From Pseudobdellovibrionaceae bacterium (GTDB lineage: Bacteria; Bdellovibrionota; Bdellovibrionia; Bdellovibrionales; UBA1609), in NCBI GenBank assembly GCA_015163855.1, contig JAAOIK010000038.1:14775-78774 (forward strand): a stretch of DNA of 64,000 nucleotides, given 5' to 3'. The translations under genes and the position numbers were made by a program. A model generated the notes under the pieces. It was not told the origin of the DNA. It did no database searches and saw only the letters and a program-made list of their open reading frames with translations. Below, piece after piece: positions 62,902 to 64,000 of this stretch (its first letter is position 1; each line of letters starts with the position of its first letter).

Positions 62902-63960
62902 CTATTTTCTATTTCGACGACTTTTTTGTATTTTAACTTTGCTTTTTGTAACGGTTCTTTTTTTACTCTCTTTAATAGGGCCTAGTCTTTTTTCTCGAGT
63001 GGGTCTATTTTTAAGATTTCTTCTTTTAGATACAGGTTTAGTTGTTAAATCAGTATTAAATTTTTTCACCTCTTTTATAGGTGTAAATATTTTATCCACT
63101 TGTTGAGGGGTTAGGTAAGTAAATTGTCCCTGAGGAAGCTTTCCTAATTTTAAGTTTCCAATAGCAATTCTTTTTAAGCGTTGTATGCGGTAACCTAGCT
63201 TGCTTAACATTCGGCGCAGCATTCTATTTTTTCCCTCATTAATTTGAATTTGCACCCAGCTATATTTAGTTTTTTTATCATTTCTAGAGTATTGTTTTAC
63301 AGTATGAACATGATTAGCTTTTAACCTACCAATATCTGAGGGAATACCGTTTAGCAGTTTTGCTTTATGAGTAGCACTTATGGGTTTATCTATTTTTATT
63401 AAATAAGTTTTAGTAACTTTAAATTGAGGGTGAATAATTTTTTGTGAAAATTCGCCATCATTGGTCATAAGTAAAAGCCCTTCAGAGCTCCAATCTAATC
63501 GGCCCACAGGGAATACTCGACTTTTTAATTGTGGAAAAAATTGTGCCACATGGGCTCTTTTGGTTTCTCCATCACTCATACTAGTTAAAACTTGGGCTGG
63601 TTTATAAAACATAATATAAATATTATGCCGAGGCAGTTTTAATAAAACCTTTTTATGAAAAACTTTATCTTGGGAGGGGGTTACTTGTGTAGATAAATTG
63701 GTAATAATTTTTCCATTAATTCGGATTTCTTTATTAATAATTAATTCTTCTGATTTTCTACGACTTAAAAGGGTGGTTTGTGCTATAAATTGATTTAAGC
63801 GCATTTTTTGATGTATAGATTTTTTTGTTTGATCTATAGCACTAGGTTTTATATGTTTGGCTTTTTTTAATGCACGCAGCTTTAGTTGATCGGTTTTTTT
63901 AGAATGTGCAATTTTTTTAGTACCAGACACGGTGTTTGCAGACACTGTTTTTGCAGGCAC
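62902..63960 (-). CDS. rluB: RluB-like pseudouridine synthase with basic N- and C-terminal extensions (5' end uncertain)
   Basis: The core begins at MRLNQFIAQTTLLSRRKSEELI (ATG at 63804), with catalytic VGRLDWSSEGLLLMTNDG and GKNRMLRRM. It has a K/R-rich C-terminal tail. The frame stays open upstream through a GTG at 63960 to the window edge (64000). The true start is therefore 63804, 63960 or outside the window. Confidence 0.75.
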   Translation of the reverse strand: MPAKTVSANTVSGTKKIAHSKKTDQLKLRALKKAKHIKPSAIDQTKKSIHQKMRLNQFIAQTTLLSRRKSEELIINKEIRINGKIITNLSTQVTPSQDKVFHKKVLLKLPRHNIYIMFYKPAQVLTSMSDGETKRAHVAQFFPQLKSRVFPVGRLDWSSEGLLLMTNDGEFSQKIIHPQFKVTKTYLIKIDKPISATHKAKLLNGIPSDIGRLKANHVHTVKQYSRNDKKTKYSWVQIQINEGKNRMLRRMLSKLGYRIQRLKRIAIGNLKLGKLPQGQFTYLTPQQVDKIFTPIKEVKKFNTDLTTKPVSKRRNLKNRPTREKRLGPIKESKKRTVTKSKVKIQKSRRNRK

Positions 63961-63967
63961 TGTTTTT
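63923..63967 (-). repeat. Three tandem 15-nt units in the rluB 5' region
   Basis: Plus-strand ccagacacggtgttt / gcagacactgttttt / gcaggcactgttttt. On the coding strand these encode KTVPA-KTVSA-NTVSG. Confidence 0.8.
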
Positions 63968-64000
63968 GAAAAAGCCTTTTTTGTAGATATTGTTTTTATA

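Noticed and set aside
1-64000. I searched for tRNA, rRNA, CRISPR arrays, IS elements, integrases, toxin-antitoxin pairs and known defence-system hallmarks.
   Set aside because: No intergenic gap exceeds about 175 nt. None shows tRNA-like arms or repeat-spacer periodicity. No ORF has transposase, integrase, reverse-transcriptase, nuclease-helicase or small TA-like signatures. The MoxR/VWA genes match the Bat layout rather than a defence system.

Overview
This is a 64-kb, AT-rich window (about 30% GC by eye). By my hand sum of the gaps between called CDS, only about 2.6 kb is non-coding, so it is roughly 96% coding. It reads as the core chromosome of a Gram-negative bacterium. It carries about 59 intact CDS, mostly housekeeping genes in proteobacterial-type synteny blocks: (nusA tail)-infB-rbfA-truB-rpsO-pnp-dut; mutL-miaA joined directly to gmk-rpoZ; cysS, uvrB, a class I aldolase, lysS, recG; tmk-holB-tatD-gap-pgk-tpiA; alaS/pilT // pgpA-pncC-recA // csrA-rsmE; glyQS, trxB, rsmA-smpB; and two pseudouridine synthases. 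I found no rRNA, tRNA, tmRNA, CRISPR array, IS element, integrase or prophage genes. PilT, CsrA, a Bat operon, a FecR/TonB-C-like protein and many wall hydrolases suggest a Bdellovibrionota/Oligoflexia-like or similar lineage. That assignment is a weak inference. The most system-like feature is a complete MoxR-DUF58-TM-BatA-BatB-BatC-BatD module (39.5-47 kb). It runs without a visible terminator into two lytic transglycosylases. It is faced divergently by an HtpX/M48-like membrane protein that seems to lack the HEXXH zinc site. Other points are an excess of peptidoglycan-active enzymes (8 in the window) and a long GC-rich hairpin after recA. Convergent genes share or abut stop codons at several junctions. 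Several conserved synteny blocks lack their usual regulatory member (hfq, spoT, recX). There are several uncharacterised envelope proteins and in-frame tandem repeats. Most of the window is ordinary, and I scored interest accordingly.
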